This document shows positions 29,133-40,376 of a stretch of DNA of 64,000 nucleotides, in pieces; position 1 is the stretch's first letter, and each line of letters opens with the position of its first letter. A model generated the notes under the pieces. The model saw only the letters and a program-made list of their open reading frames with translations, made no database searches and was not told where the DNA came from. The stretch is from Clostridia bacterium. Lineage in GTDB: Bacteria; Bacillota; Clostridia; Oscillospirales; CAG-382. Where the stretch lies: the NCBI GenBank assembly GCA_017620655.1, contig JAGAUT010000079.1, positions 3,635 through 67,634 on the forward strand, written 5' to 3'. The position numbers and the translations under genes were made by a program.

Positions 29133-30328
29133 TCCACTACCTCAAAAAATGTGTCAGGTTTATTGGGGTCAAAGCATTCGTTTGCCCACATAACAGTCAC
29201 CAAGTCCTCGGTATCCGAAAGGTTGATGATATTATGGGTATATCCGGGAAGCATATGAACAGCTTCGATTTTTTCACCGCTGACATTAAAATTAAGTACC
29301 TCATCCGAACCGATTTTTCTCTGCTGAATAAGACCGTGACCTGAAACAACAATGAAAAACTCCCATTTTGTGTTATGCCAATGTTGTCCCTTTGTGATAC
29401 CAGGCTTTGAAATATTGACAGAGAACTGACCGCACTTTTCGGTTTTAAGAAGTTCCGTAAATGAACCTCTTGCATCAACATTCATTTTAAGTTCAAAGCT
29501 CGCCTTTTCTTTAGGTAAATACGAAAGATATGTGCTGTAAAGCTTCTTTGCGAAACTATTATAGGGAATTTCGGGCATAACAAGAGTCTTAGGCTGATCA
29601 CGGAAGCTTTCGAGAAGCTTTACGATTTCGCCAAGAGTTACTCTGTGGGTAACAGGTGCGGCACAGTATTTTCCGTCATCGCAAAGCACCGTCTTTATGC
29701 CGTCAAAACTGCATTTATGTGCCTTACCTTCAAGAGCACAGAACATTTCGTCTACAAGATCATCAATGTAAAGAAGTTCAAGCTCTACAGCAGGGTCATT
29801 GACGGTTATCGGCAAATCATTTGCGATATTATTACAGAAGGTGGCAACAGCACTGTTATAGTTAGGTCTGCACCACTTACCGAAAAGGTTAGGGAATCTG
29901 TAAACAAGCACCTTTGCACCAGTTTCCTTCTCATACTCGAAGAACAGGTCCTCCCCTGCCTTTTTACTTCTGCCGTAGTCACTGTCATAACGTCCGATGA
30001 GTGTAGCCTGAATAGAGGAAGACAGTACGATAGGGCATTTATTATTGTGTTTTTTTAAGGTATCAAGGAGTGTCGATGCAAAGCCGAAATTGCCCTGCAT
30101 AAACTCCTCCGGATTTTGAGGACGGTTTACTCCCGCAAGATTAAAAACAAAGTCTGCATTTTTACATGCTTCATCAAGAAGCTCTTTGGGTGAATCTATA
30201 TCATAAAGATAAAGCTCGCCGATTTCAAGACCGGGATGGGTTCTGTCCTTGCCGTCCTTTACGTTCTGAAGTGCAGCTGTGAGGTTTTTACCGACAAAGC
30301 CTTTTGCACCTGTAATGAGAATATTCAT
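29129..30328 (-). CDS. fnlB: CapF/WbjC/FnlB reductase + cupin epimerase
   Basis: LAGVNRP, GKWCRPNYNSAVATFC, DARGSFTE, KGQHWH. Confidence 0.9.
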   Translation of the reverse strand: MNILITGAKGFVGKNLTAALQNVKDGKDRTHPGLEIGELYLYDIDSPKELLDEACKNADFVFNLAGVNRPQNPEEFMQGNFGFASTLLDTLKKHNNKCPIVLSSSIQATLIGRYDSDYGRSKKAGEDLFFEYEKETGAKVLVYRFPNLFGKWCRPNYNSAVATFCNNIANDLPITVNDPAVELELLYIDDLVDEMFCALEGKAHKCSFDGIKTVLCDDGKYCAAPVTHRVTLGEIVKLLESFRDQPKTLVMPEIPYNSFAKKLYSTYLSYLPKEKASFELKMNVDARGSFTELLKTEKCGQFSVNISKPGITKGQHWHNTKWEFFIVVSGHGLIQQRKIGSDEVLNFNVSGEKIEAVHMLPGYTHNIINLSDTEDLVTVMWANECFDPNKPDTFFEVVE

Positions 30329-30337
30329 AATATCTCC

Positions 30338-31390
30338 TTAATACTTTCTGCCCATGGCATCGAGTTCGTCTCTGATATACTGAAGTGTAAGAAGCTTTTC
30401 TTTTACTTGTTCTACATTAAGAAGCTCTGTGTTATGAGAATTGAACTCTGTAAGAGTGTTTCTTTCTGTATCGCCGTCCTTGAAGTATTTATCATAATTA
30501 AGACCGCGCTTATCTGAAGGCACTCTGTAGAAGTTACCCATATCAACGGCATTCGCACATTCTTCGTTAGTGAGAAGTGTTTCATACATCTTTTCGCCGT
30601 GTCTGATACCGATAACTTTAATAGCATTCTTATCTCCGCCGAAAAGTTCGCAAACAGCTTCAGCCTGTGTCTGGATTGTGCAGGCAGGAGCCTTCTGAAC
30701 AAGGATATCACCTGTTGTGCCGTTTTCAAAGGCAAAGAGAACAAGGTCAACAGCCTCATCAAGGCTCATAATAAATCTTGTCATTGTGCCGTCGGTGATG
30801 GTGATAGGATTGCCATTCTTAATCTGTTCAATCCAAAGAGGAATAACAGAACCGCGTGAGCACATAACGTTACCGTATCTTGTACAGCAAATCTTTGTCT
30901 TTTCCTGTGCAACCGTTCTCGACTTTGCAACGATTACCTTTTCCATCATAGCCTTTGATGTACCCATAGCATTAACAGGGTATGCAGCCTTATCGGTAGA
31001 AAGGCATACTACATTCTTAACGCCTGCTTCAATTGCAGCTGTAAGCACGTTTTCTGTACCAAGTACGTTAGTCTTTACAGCTTCGATAGGGAAAAATTCG
31101 CAGGAAGGCACTTGTTTTAGTGCAGCTGCATGGAATATGTAATCTACGCCGTGCATTGCGTTTTTAACGCTGGCTAAATCTCTTACATCGCCGATATAGA
31201 ACTTGATTTTATCAGCTACTTCAGGCATCTTTACCTGAAATTCGTGGCGCATATCGTCCTGCTTCTTTTCGTCTCGGGAAAATACGCGGATTTCTCCGAT
31301 ATCAGTTCTCAAGAATCGGTTGAGTACGGCATTGCCGAATGAACCGGTACCGCCGGTGATGAGTAGGGTTTTGTTTGTGAATGATGACAT
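30338..31390 (-). CDS. fnlA: UDP-GlcNAc 4,6-dehydratase/5-epimerase (CapE/WbjB/FnlA)
   Basis: TGGTGSFG, SRDEKKQDDMR, AALKQVPSCEFFP, STDKAAYP, RYGNVMCSRGS. Confidence 0.9.
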   Translation of the reverse strand: MSSFTNKTLLITGGTGSFGNAVLNRFLRTDIGEIRVFSRDEKKQDDMRHEFQVKMPEVADKIKFYIGDVRDLASVKNAMHGVDYIFHAAALKQVPSCEFFPIEAVKTNVLGTENVLTAAIEAGVKNVVCLSTDKAAYPVNAMGTSKAMMEKVIVAKSRTVAQEKTKICCTRYGNVMCSRGSVIPLWIEQIKNGNPITITDGTMTRFIMSLDEAVDLVLFAFENGTTGDILVQKAPACTIQTQAEAVCELFGGDKNAIKVIGIRHGEKMYETLLTNEECANAVDMGNFYRVPSDKRGLNYDKYFKDGDTERNTLTEFNSHNTELLNVEQVKEKLLTLQYIRDELDAMGRKY

Positions 31391-31414
31391 AATACATTCC
31401 TCTGTTTTTAAAAA

Positions 31415-32332
31415 TTAATTTGAAACAATTCTATTATATGCAGTGGGAAAAGCATTTTTCAAATTATCAAATCTTTCAAAATACATATTGCACGCAACAT
31501 TGTCAGTCGCAAGTTGTACTACTTGTGTTTCTAAAACCACACTAAAAATTTTATGGTATTTGCAAGTTTTGATGATTTTTGTACCACTTTCGGCACATAC
31601 AAACATCACCCACAAATCATCAGCTTTCAAGGCGGTTTTCTTTATATTATCAGCATCAACAAGTTCTTTTCTCACTGCTCCAAACGGATATAAACAGCCT
31701 CCACCATTTGAAGGCAATATTTTATATGTCGGCACTTCTAATCCTATATTCGAAATGGTTTCCCATCTTCCAGGATTATTCATATTTCCTGCTTTATCAT
31801 AAGACATTGCTTGAGCTCGATTACAAACAACACAATTTGGATACTTCTTGTGTGTTTTTATGAGTTTTTCTATTGAGTCAGGTGAATAAATAATATCATC
31901 ATCATATGTTATAACTAGTTCATTTTCCTTTTGTTCAATCAGAGCATTATAATGTTTTTTATGTCCATATAGATTATCGTCCACCCAACATATCTCAAGC
32001 CCATGCTTTGTAAGTTCTAACAGTTGAGCGGGCAACACCTTTTCAGGAAACTGCTCCTCAGCAAGCCACAATACAATTCTGTCGGGTTTATAACTTTGAA
32101 GCATTAATGACTTAATTGCGAGATGAACATATTCTATTCGTGCCGGAAATGACGTAAGAGAAACAGTAACAGTTTCATCTCTCTTTTCTGTATTCAATGC
32201 ATTTTCAGGAAGTTTTTCCCTTATAATTGATTTATTGTCAAGCCAATTCAAAAAACAATACCATTTTCCACCAAAATATGGAATTCTGATTGATTCCGGT
32301 ATTTTAAGAAATTCCGTTATTCTTCTGTTCAT
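31415..32332 (-). CDS. GT-A (GT2-like) glycosyltransferase
   Basis: VSLTSFPARI, QSYKPDRIVLWL, TYDDDIIY, ADDLW. Confidence 0.75.
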   Translation of the reverse strand: MNRRITEFLKIPESIRIPYFGGKWYCFLNWLDNKSIIREKLPENALNTEKRDETVTVSLTSFPARIEYVHLAIKSLMLQSYKPDRIVLWLAEEQFPEKVLPAQLLELTKHGLEICWVDDNLYGHKKHYNALIEQKENELVITYDDDIIYSPDSIEKLIKTHKKYPNCVVCNRAQAMSYDKAGNMNNPGRWETISNIGLEVPTYKILPSNGGGCLYPFGAVRKELVDADNIKKTALKADDLWVMFVCAESGTKIIKTCKYHKIFSVVLETQVVQLATDNVACNMYFERFDNLKNAFPTAYNRIVSN

Positions 32333-32345
32333 AACTTATGCCACC

Positions 32346-33806
32346 TTATACTTTCTTTTTAAGAAAACTCTTAATTATACTTAACACATAAATATAACTC
32401 TCATTTTTAGTAACAATAGACATTAGCACATATACCACTAGGCCTGTGAAAATTTGAATTGCAAGCAAAACTACATTAGATAAATCCAAAACCATAATTA
32501 TACGCACTGCAAAAAACATAACTGTAGACATAATCATTGGCGGCAAAACATCAAGAAACTGTCTTCGGTATGAATATCCAAGCAGTTTTCTGTTTGGATA
32601 TGCGTTTATAGCCGAAGAAAGAATGTTGCCTACCAAAAGGCTGATTGCTATGACTTTGACACCAAATGGCACTGCACAGAATATTAAAACCGTGCCAACA
32701 ACTCTCTTTATAATTTCAAGTTTAAGAACAATATCGCTTCTGCCCAATGCTTTAATCGCCTGAAGATTCTCAATTTCTATCGGTGCAAACACAAAGGAAA
32801 TACTTATAATTTGCAAGTAAAAAACGCATGGAAGCCATTTTTCTGTAAGAAGCAAATCAACTAATGGTTCCGCTACTGCAGCAAGACCAACCAGAAGTGG
32901 TGTAATAAAATATGTACTCACCTTGATAGTGCGTCTTAGTATAGACAGCATCTTTTCTTTTGAGTCCTGAACCTTTGACATGGTTGGAAAAAACACACTG
33001 TCTATTGCACCGCCGACACAACCTTCAACAATCTGCGGAAAGCTTTGTCCTTTGTTATAGTATGCAAGCGAAGCTGCATTATAGTATTTGCCTATAACAA
33101 GACTTCTTAAATCATTATATAATACCTTGATTATAGATGCAGCAAATATCTTCCATCCGTATGAATATAATGCTTTAAAGCGTTTCAAAGAAAACACAAG
33201 AGACGGTCTCCATTTTACAGTAAACCAGAGCACAAGCATACTTCCCGTTGCTTTCACAAGATACTGAGCTACAAGTGCCCATACACCAAAACCTCGAAGT
33301 GCCATGATAATACCGACAACAGCAGACAGTATCATTCCTCCAAGATTTGACCAAAAGAATCTTTTAAACTGCATAGTATTAGATACATACGCACTTTGAA
33401 CACTGTTTACTGCAGTAACAATCACCTGAATACCCATTACTCTTATGACAGAGATTAATAATTCCCTATTATAAGCACTATAAAAATCAGCAATAAAAGG
33501 AGCTAAAAAATATAAAACCGCGTATAGGACAAAAGACATTCCAAGGCTAAAATAAAAAATAGTTGAAAAGTCCTTGTTATCAGCATCTTTTTTTTGAATA
33601 AGCGATGTTGCAAGTCCACTTATTACCAATTTATCACAAAGAGTAACAAAAACCGAAACAAGTGCTATAATCCCGTAATCTTCTGGAAGAAGCAATCTTG
33701 CAAGGACTATGGAAATAATGAAATTTACAATTTGACCAAGTCCGTTTTCCGCAAATTTCCAAAACACACCTGAAACAGTTTGTTTTTTCAATGCATTATC
33801 ATTCAT
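32346..33806 (-). CDS. wzx: Polysaccharide flippase (WzxC family)
   Basis: Multi-TM; LARLLLPEDYG; paralog of 11507..12964. Confidence 0.9.
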   Translation of the reverse strand: MNDNALKKQTVSGVFWKFAENGLGQIVNFIISIVLARLLLPEDYGIIALVSVFVTLCDKLVISGLATSLIQKKDADNKDFSTIFYFSLGMSFVLYAVLYFLAPFIADFYSAYNRELLISVIRVMGIQVIVTAVNSVQSAYVSNTMQFKRFFWSNLGGMILSAVVGIIMALRGFGVWALVAQYLVKATGSMLVLWFTVKWRPSLVFSLKRFKALYSYGWKIFAASIIKVLYNDLRSLVIGKYYNAASLAYYNKGQSFPQIVEGCVGGAIDSVFFPTMSKVQDSKEKMLSILRRTIKVSTYFITPLLVGLAAVAEPLVDLLLTEKWLPCVFYLQIISISFVFAPIEIENLQAIKALGRSDIVLKLEIIKRVVGTVLIFCAVPFGVKVIAISLLVGNILSSAINAYPNRKLLGYSYRRQFLDVLPPMIMSTVMFFAVRIIMVLDLSNVVLLAIQIFTGLVVYVLMSIVTKNESYIYVLSIIKSFLKKKV

Positions 33807-34613
33807 TTACAATTTACACTCCACAATTGTTTTACAACACTCATATACTTCTGATTCGGGAGGTGTTTCCATATAATTTCCATATCTCTTTGTCAGAAAC
33901 TCATCATAATTTTTGGGGATATAGAACACTCTGTCTTCAAATTTATGCTCTATCAAATCTTCAAAAGTACATCTTGGTATTGGATAAATACCATTATTGG
34001 GATGAGCTACCTTGTAAACATTTTTTGTTGGAAAATACTTGAACATTTTTAGAGCTCCACTTCTGAACGCATTTATCGCAAAATAAGGCATCCACGAAAA
34101 GAGTTTGTATACTCTTTTTTTTGATGCACTTCCGTTATACAAACCACTCTTAACCTTACCAACACAGCTCCAAAACATTGCCATTTTCACCTGCAAATTC
34201 AAAAAGCAAGGGACAATATTATCTATTGGATGAAGGTCTATAAACACACCTTTATGAAGTTCGGCAAGGCTTGCTAGCTCCTTTTCAAGAAACACCGTGC
34301 CATTAAGTCTAACTTTACCCCAGCTATTGGGATATCTTTTTTCAGATTTATAATTGCTGAAAAAGATTTTTTCGTTGGGATGCTTTTTCATATACTTTAC
34401 GAATCTATCATAATCTTTTCTCGGCATTGCCATATCGATATCATGATCCCACGGAATAAAACCATTATGACGAACAGCACCGATAACGGAACCTCCGTAC
34501 AAAGAACATTTCCATCCCTGCTCCCTGCAAATACGGTCGACTTCTGTTGCTATTTCAAGCATTCTGTTATGTAGCACATCCATATCATATCCGCAGACTG
34601 TATATTTACTCAT
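33807..34613 (-). CDS. licD: LicD-family phosphotransferase
   Basis: GGSVIGAVRHNGFIPWDHDIDMAMPRKDY; FIDLHPID; YGNYM. Confidence 0.9.
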   Translation of the reverse strand: MSKYTVCGYDMDVLHNRMLEIATEVDRICREQGWKCSLYGGSVIGAVRHNGFIPWDHDIDMAMPRKDYDRFVKYMKKHPNEKIFFSNYKSEKRYPNSWGKVRLNGTVFLEKELASLAELHKGVFIDLHPIDNIVPCFLNLQVKMAMFWSCVGKVKSGLYNGSASKKRVYKLFSWMPYFAINAFRSGALKMFKYFPTKNVYKVAHPNNGIYPIPRCTFEDLIEHKFEDRVFYIPKNYDEFLTKRYGNYMETPPESEVYECCKTIVECKL

Positions 34614-35599
34614 TAAATACCTCTTATTTTTTTGATTATTCTGTTACCTTCTCCATAAGCGAAGCACTTCAACACATATGCAAGCTTTCTCCCATAACGC
34701 AACAAAGGATGCCCGACACCGCCTATTCTATTCAATTCCTCAACATACTTATAGTCGGGAACCAAATACTTCGGATGCTTGAGAGGGAAAGAAACATTGT
34801 ACGTCTTCATATTAAACATTTTTCTCTGTGCCTTCGTCAAAAGTTTTGTGTTCGACACAGCATGGGTAGCATTATCCGTCAAACCTAAATCGCAAATCAT
34901 ATTTCTTTTAGGAATGATTGCAACTCTGTTATTAAGCATTCCACCCATGCCTAGAATGGTTTCCCAATACTGCTTGCCGGTTTCTTTGTGCCAAAGAGCT
35001 GTATTATATGCAGATTCAATACGTTCTTTGCCAACAGAATTTTTCAAACATTCTATAAAGTAATCGTTATCTTCCAAAAAACTGTATTCTTCATCCCATT
35101 CATCGGCAACTCGCTTCCATGTTGCCCATGTAGTAGAACCAAAAGGCGCAAAGAAATAGTCCGCATCACACTTTTCATTAACTCCCAACAAATTTGTCCC
35201 GCAAATATGATTAACTCTTGTATCAAATTCATACTTGTCAAGAAGTTCTTTACAATACATGTAAAATGAATCACAAGGAACTCGGTCATCCTCCATTATT
35301 ATACACTTATCAACAATCGAAAAAGCCCACTTTTGTGCAAGGAAAGTGGAAGGATCACATCCCATGTTTTTAGTATGATAATTTCTGTGTACTTCGCACT
35401 CCCAGTCAATACTTTCCGCTATTTTACGGCATTTCTCTACTCCTTCCACATCATCGGGTCTACCTGTTCTCGGGCCGTCCTGCCAAAGAAGTAACACTCT
35501 AGGTCTAGCCTTTCTTACACTTTCAAAAACTTTTTCAAATGTATCTGCTCTAACAAAAAATGTAAGTAATACCGGAACATCAATTTCCCAAGGTTTCAT
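34613..35599 (-). CDS. Nucleotide-diphospho-sugar transferase (GT-A)
   Basis: PVLLTFFVR, QDGPR, NMGC, IIMEDD, WATWKR. Confidence 0.75.
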   Translation of the reverse strand: MKPWEIDVPVLLTFFVRADTFEKVFESVRKARPRVLLLWQDGPRTGRPDDVEGVEKCRKIAESIDWECEVHRNYHTKNMGCDPSTFLAQKWAFSIVDKCIIMEDDRVPCDSFYMYCKELLDKYEFDTRVNHICGTNLLGVNEKCDADYFFAPFGSTTWATWKRVADEWDEEYSFLEDNDYFIECLKNSVGKERIESAYNTALWHKETGKQYWETILGMGGMLNNRVAIIPKRNMICDLGLTDNATHAVSNTKLLTKAQRKMFNMKTYNVSFPLKHPKYLVPDYKYVEELNRIGGVGHPLLRYGRKLAYVLKCFAYGEGNRIIKKIRGI

Positions 35600-36819
35600 T
35601 GTAAATCTCCTTCTTCGTTAAAAATAGTTTCTATCATAAGCGGCGCTATAAACCAAGTTGCAACGCCTAAAGGCTGTGATGCATGTATTGGATTTGTTAC
35701 ACCCATTAAAACAAACATAAGAACAACAGAAGCAAATTGATTTTTCTTTTCACCCAAAAGTCCGCTTATTCGATTTGCTACATAGCAAAGCAGTGAATAG
35801 AACGGCGCACCACCCACAAGCCCTGTATCGCTAAGAACAGTGAGAAAAGTCGCATGACCGTCAAAAGAAAGATTTCGGTTACCAATCAAAGGACTTTCAA
35901 AAAATGCGAGTATAGTTCTCCAATAAAGAGTAAACCTGCCGTTGAGATTATAGCCTCCCGCACCCTTTCCGGTAAGAAAATCACGGATTTCACTCAACCT
36001 TATCGTCATCTGCTCAGATTTAATATTAGCTATGGCAAATTCAAGGATTGAAGGAATGAAAAACGAAATCAAAATGACCGCCAAAACGAAAAGCACCTTT
36101 GATGACGACTTTTTCATGCTTCGGTATACCTGAAAAACAATTCCCACAATTGATATCAACACCGAAAGAGTATACTGTGCATTTATCAGAAAAATCAAGC
36201 CAACAAAAATTGAAACTATTGATACGTACTTAGCCGTCTTTCTAAGTTTTACATAGCATGCTGTTATAATGGAAATAATAATCGGTATAGCATATATGAA
36301 GTAATAATTTGCAACGCCTTTTTGAGCATTTTCATCAAAGTTTTCCCATTCACGTGTTGCATTAGGATTTTCCAAAAGAAACATCCACGTTGTGTACATA
36401 ACGAAAACAATCATGATAAGCGAAACAACCATAAGTGTTTTTTTCTGTTTTGAAGATGCTTTCATCTTCACATGAACAAAAAGGACAGCAGGAAAATATA
36501 ACGTATAATACTGATACATTTTCGAAATAAAACGCTTTAACGTACGATTTGATACTGTTTGCGCTATTGAGTTGGCATTAGTCAGAAAAGCATACACCAA
36601 CGCTAACAATACAACGAGCAATAAAACAGCAACTACCGTTTGGCTTGATTTTCTGTCAAAAAAGAAAATATAAGCCGAATACATTAGCAAAACGCCTAGG
36701 AAAACCGTTGAACCGATTGACACACTTGGCAAAAGATATATTGCCATCAGAAGAACTATAAATACATATTCCAAAGATGCAAGTTTGTTTGTGTTTCCTT
36801 TAATAACATTATTATTCAA
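35596..36819 (-). CDS. wzy: Putative polysaccharide polymerase
   Basis: About 10 TM; FFESPLIG...GHATFL...TG loop; position in cluster. Confidence 0.7.
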   Translation of the reverse strand: MNNNVIKGNTNKLASLEYVFIVLLMAIYLLPSVSIGSTVFLGVLLMYSAYIFFFDRKSSQTVVAVLLLVVLLALVYAFLTNANSIAQTVSNRTLKRFISKMYQYYTLYFPAVLFVHVKMKASSKQKKTLMVVSLIMIVFVMYTTWMFLLENPNATREWENFDENAQKGVANYYFIYAIPIIISIITACYVKLRKTAKYVSIVSIFVGLIFLINAQYTLSVLISIVGIVFQVYRSMKKSSSKVLFVLAVILISFFIPSILEFAIANIKSEQMTIRLSEIRDFLTGKGAGGYNLNGRFTLYWRTILAFFESPLIGNRNLSFDGHATFLTVLSDTGLVGGAPFYSLLCYVANRISGLLGEKKNQFASVVLMFVLMGVTNPIHASQPLGVATWFIAPLMIETIFNEEGDLQ

Positions 36820-36861
36820 ATTATTAATATTCCCCTATAACTTTTTGTAAAATGCATACGC

Positions 36862-38070
36862 CTATATCAAACTTCCGTATAAATCTAAATACTTTCTGTA
36901 ATTTGTATCTTTATCAAATCTTTTAGAAACAAAATCAATACATCCGGTTGAATACCTCTGTTTTCCGTTCGCTTTGATTTCTTTTATTTGTTCTAGCAAT
37001 GCATTTGCATCTCCTGTTTCAACAGAAAAGCTATTTGTATTGTCGACAGTTTCAGCAGCTCCTGTGTTGCAATAGGTTACTGTCGGAGTCCCACAGGCTT
37101 GCGGTTCCACATTAGCAAGAGAAAAAGACTCTTCCCTCGTGCAATTCACAAATACATCTGCCATCGAATAAACCTGTCTAAGTTTATCTCTGTCTCTTAT
37201 GTAATCAATTGCAAGAACATTTTTTGGAAGCCGTTTCTTTTGTTCGCCGTCACAACCTACCATCAAAACCACGCTGTCATCATCAATGCCATCAGTTACA
37301 GTCTTAAGAGTTTCAGCATTGATATCAAGCATCCATTTGTTTGCAACTGTTAGAATTATAAACTTGCCTTCCAGTCCAAGTTCTTTTCTCAAATTCGACT
37401 CGGTAGGAACAAAAAATTTCGTATCTACTCCATTATGTATTGTAACATATCTCGTTGCAGGAACACGACTTTTCTTAGCTTCATTTGTAATCCACTCTGA
37501 TACACCAACAAATGTAAGGTTTTCAATTGCACCAAAATACTTTATCCTATCTTTAAGAATTTTTGCTGATTTGTCAAAAAGGAAAGCAGGTGTATCTTTT
37601 TTCTTTTTAGGACAGCTCCCACATTTTTTTGTCCAATTATCACATCCTACACTCGTGTAGTGAAAACACCCTCCTGTATAAAACCAACAATCATGAAGAG
37701 TTACAACAACAGCAATGTTTGTTTCAGAAAGAAACTTCAAAAGCACATTCAGATTTATATAATTACTGTGTAAGTTATGAAGATGTACAACATCCGGTTT
37801 AATTGTTGCAATATGTTTTATGAGTTTTCCTGTTGCAATTCTTGAAAAGTATGCCTGTTTTCCGTTTACTCGGCTGAGAATTGCGTGAAGCTTTTTGCCA
37901 CATGAGTTGCCAATCACGTACCCGTTTACAATTTCATCAGGTAAGCATTTTGATGTGGAATATGCAACATAAGATTCAATACCACTTTTCAGAGAAAGCT
38001 CATGTATGTCTTTTACTATAACACCTGTGCTACCAACACCGTAAACAGCATTGATTTGTAATATCTTCAT
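36862..38070 (-). CDS. Glycosyltransferase family 4 (WcaC-like)
   Basis: GSTG, VHLHNLH, TLHDCW, ESFSLANVE. Confidence 0.9.
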   Translation of the reverse strand: MKILQINAVYGVGSTGVIVKDIHELSLKSGIESYVAYSTSKCLPDEIVNGYVIGNSCGKKLHAILSRVNGKQAYFSRIATGKLIKHIATIKPDVVHLHNLHSNYINLNVLLKFLSETNIAVVVTLHDCWFYTGGCFHYTSVGCDNWTKKCGSCPKKKKDTPAFLFDKSAKILKDRIKYFGAIENLTFVGVSEWITNEAKKSRVPATRYVTIHNGVDTKFFVPTESNLRKELGLEGKFIILTVANKWMLDINAETLKTVTDGIDDDSVVLMVGCDGEQKKRLPKNVLAIDYIRDRDKLRQVYSMADVFVNCTREESFSLANVEPQACGTPTVTYCNTGAAETVDNTNSFSVETGDANALLEQIKEIKANGKQRYSTGCIDFVSKRFDKDTNYRKYLDLYGSLI

Positions 38071-38101
38071 GTTTTCTTCCTTACATTAACAATTATTTTA
38101 A

Positions 38102-39406
38102 TTATTTTTTATCACAGCAATTTTTAATAGTATTAATAAATGTTTTCTTCACATCATCAACACTATGATTTCGCCTTCCGCATTCAAATGCTTTTTTTCC
38201 ATACTGAGTAATTAGTTCCTTATTCTCAACAAGCTTCTGCAGTTGCTGTTAAATTTCATCATATTCACAAGCAATAACAGCTGCATCATTTTCCTTGAGA
38301 TACTGAATTGGTGCAATATCCTTATCGCCTATTGCAAATATACACTTCCCGCTTTTGAAATAATCGGTAAGTTTTGTTGAAAATGACAGTCTCGCCGTAT
38401 AGCGATGTTCCTTTTCAAGCGATTCGACAAAAACAACAACATCCGCAGAATTTTGAATATTTTGTACCGCTTCTCGTGGAACAAGACCGCGAAAATGACA
38501 GCCATTTGAATTGAAAAGTTCCATTGTTTTTTCGTCAAAAGTATCACCTGAATATATATCAAGAACAATTTTTTCACCATAGCGGTTAATATTCTTAAGT
38601 GCTTCTGATATAGCTACAATGGAATAATGTCTGCCTATTACAAGTTTTCCCGTATAAACCATTCTTATAGGGTCTGAAATCGGCTGCTCTTTGAATTCAA
38701 GATTTGAATAATCAATCCCCTTTGTAAGAACAACACTGTTTGTTCCAAAAAGACGGTCTGTATCTTCAGCTTCCGTTTTCGTGATCGTAAACATTTCATT
38801 ACAATTTTTCGAAAGACTTTTAACATACTTCCTAAGCCAAAACCTATGGATATATGCAAAAGGATTCTTTCCGCAGGACATATATGAGTAGTTATCGTCT
38901 GCTAGATAACACACATAAGGTCTCGGGTGCTTCTTCAAAAGATATCTCTGTATTTTTCCCATATACACAACAGGGTATATCGGAATAAAATACACATCGG
39001 GATCAAATTCCTCAACAAATTTATCAAGTTCCTTGCTCTTCCAACATCCCAATGTCCAAACAAATTCTCTCATAAGAGTATAGAACCATGACTTTTTTTT
39101 ATGAGCCATTTTATAAAGTTGTGCTTCCTGTTTTACTGCCTTGCTGTCAGTTTCCGATGCACTCGCACCATTTTCCACACATCTTCCAACACTCTTTCTG
39201 TTGAAGACACTTTTTATGACTGCATTTTCGGAAATCTGAAAAAAACGGTTACAAACACTTGTGGCAGGAAGATCCGACTTTGTGTATATCTGTGCTACTC
39301 TGTCATTGTCCCAAAATTTAAACAAATCAGTTTGAGTATGTATACCGCTGTCTTCTCTCCATGTGCTAAGCGAAATAGCCATGACCTTCGGTAATCTATT
39401 ATCCAT
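38102..39406 (-). pseudogene. GT-B glycosyltransferase with in-frame premature TAA at 38249-38251
   Basis: YTGKL and STKLTDYF motifs; after EYDEI* the same frame continues for 48 codons (QQLQKLVENKELITQYGKKAFECGRRNH...) to TAA at 38102. Confidence 0.75.
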
Positions 39407-39407
39407 T

Positions 39408-40376
39408 TTATAATGCACCCTTCAATCTATCAACAATTTTAAGTATTGTTATTACAGCACTGAAACCCAATGTTTTATAGACTTTGTTTATTTGCATCGG
39501 ACGCTTGTTTATCGAATAATTAAGCAAAAAGCTTAACGCCTTAACGCGTTTTACACTTTCTCTTTTACTCTTATCCTTTAGTCTTGCATAAACAATTAGC
39601 ATATTGGAGTAATACTTTGCCATTGCCCCATAAAGTGCCTTTCTTTTTGTTTCAGAAATATCTGATGTCAAAACCTTTCTGCTCCACTTTTCAAGAGTGT
39701 AAATAAAGTCCGTTAAGTTTTTAATTCTGAGAGTAGAAGTGACAGAACCAGAACGCTGTCTATAAGCAATATATGCTTTATCAATAACAGAAAAACTATC
39801 TGTGTTTGATAAAAGATTGAAGAACCAATCCATATCTTCGCAAACAAGATTTATATTAAATTCTGTTGCTATGCTTTTTTTGAAAGCCTTGGTCCAAGCC
39901 ATACCATAATATGCGTCTTTCTTTACCATCTCAAGAAGCATCTCATCGCCATGATACTTTTTTGAATCCGGGAAAGAAAAGCTACATTTTTCTAAAACTT
40001 TTGTTTCATCGAAATATTTAGAAAACTTATAAATAACAACATCAGAATTACTCGTGTTTATATGTTCATAAACATCAGAAAAAAAGTTGTTATCAATAAT
40101 ATAGTCATCACTGTCAATATATATTATATATTCTCCCGAAGCCACTGTTGTACCTACATTTCTAGCATCAGCCTGACCGCCGTTTGGCTTATGAATTGTT
40201 TTTATAAAACTATATTTCTCGGAATACTTGTCACAAATGCTGCCGCTTGAATCCTTGGAACCATCATCTACAAGTATAACCTCATAGTCAGTAAAGCTTT
40301 GATTTAAAATGCTTTCCACACATTCATCAAGATATTTTTCAACATTATAAACAGGAATAACAATACTAAAAAACAT
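39408..40376 (-). CDS. Glycosyltransferase family 2
   Basis: SIVIPVYNVE, VDDGSKD, NGGQADARN, IDSDD. Confidence 0.9.
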   Translation of the reverse strand: MFFSIVIPVYNVEKYLDECVESILNQSFTDYEVILVDDGSKDSSGSICDKYSEKYSFIKTIHKPNGGQADARNVGTTVASGEYIIYIDSDDYIIDNNFFSDVYEHINTSNSDVVIYKFSKYFDETKVLEKCSFSFPDSKKYHGDEMLLEMVKKDAYYGMAWTKAFKKSIATEFNINLVCEDMDWFFNLLSNTDSFSVIDKAYIAYRQRSGSVTSTLRIKNLTDFIYTLEKWSRKVLTSDISETKRKALYGAMAKYYSNMLIVYARLKDKSKRESVKRVKALSFLLNYSINKRPMQINKVYKTLGFSAVITILKIVDRLKGAL

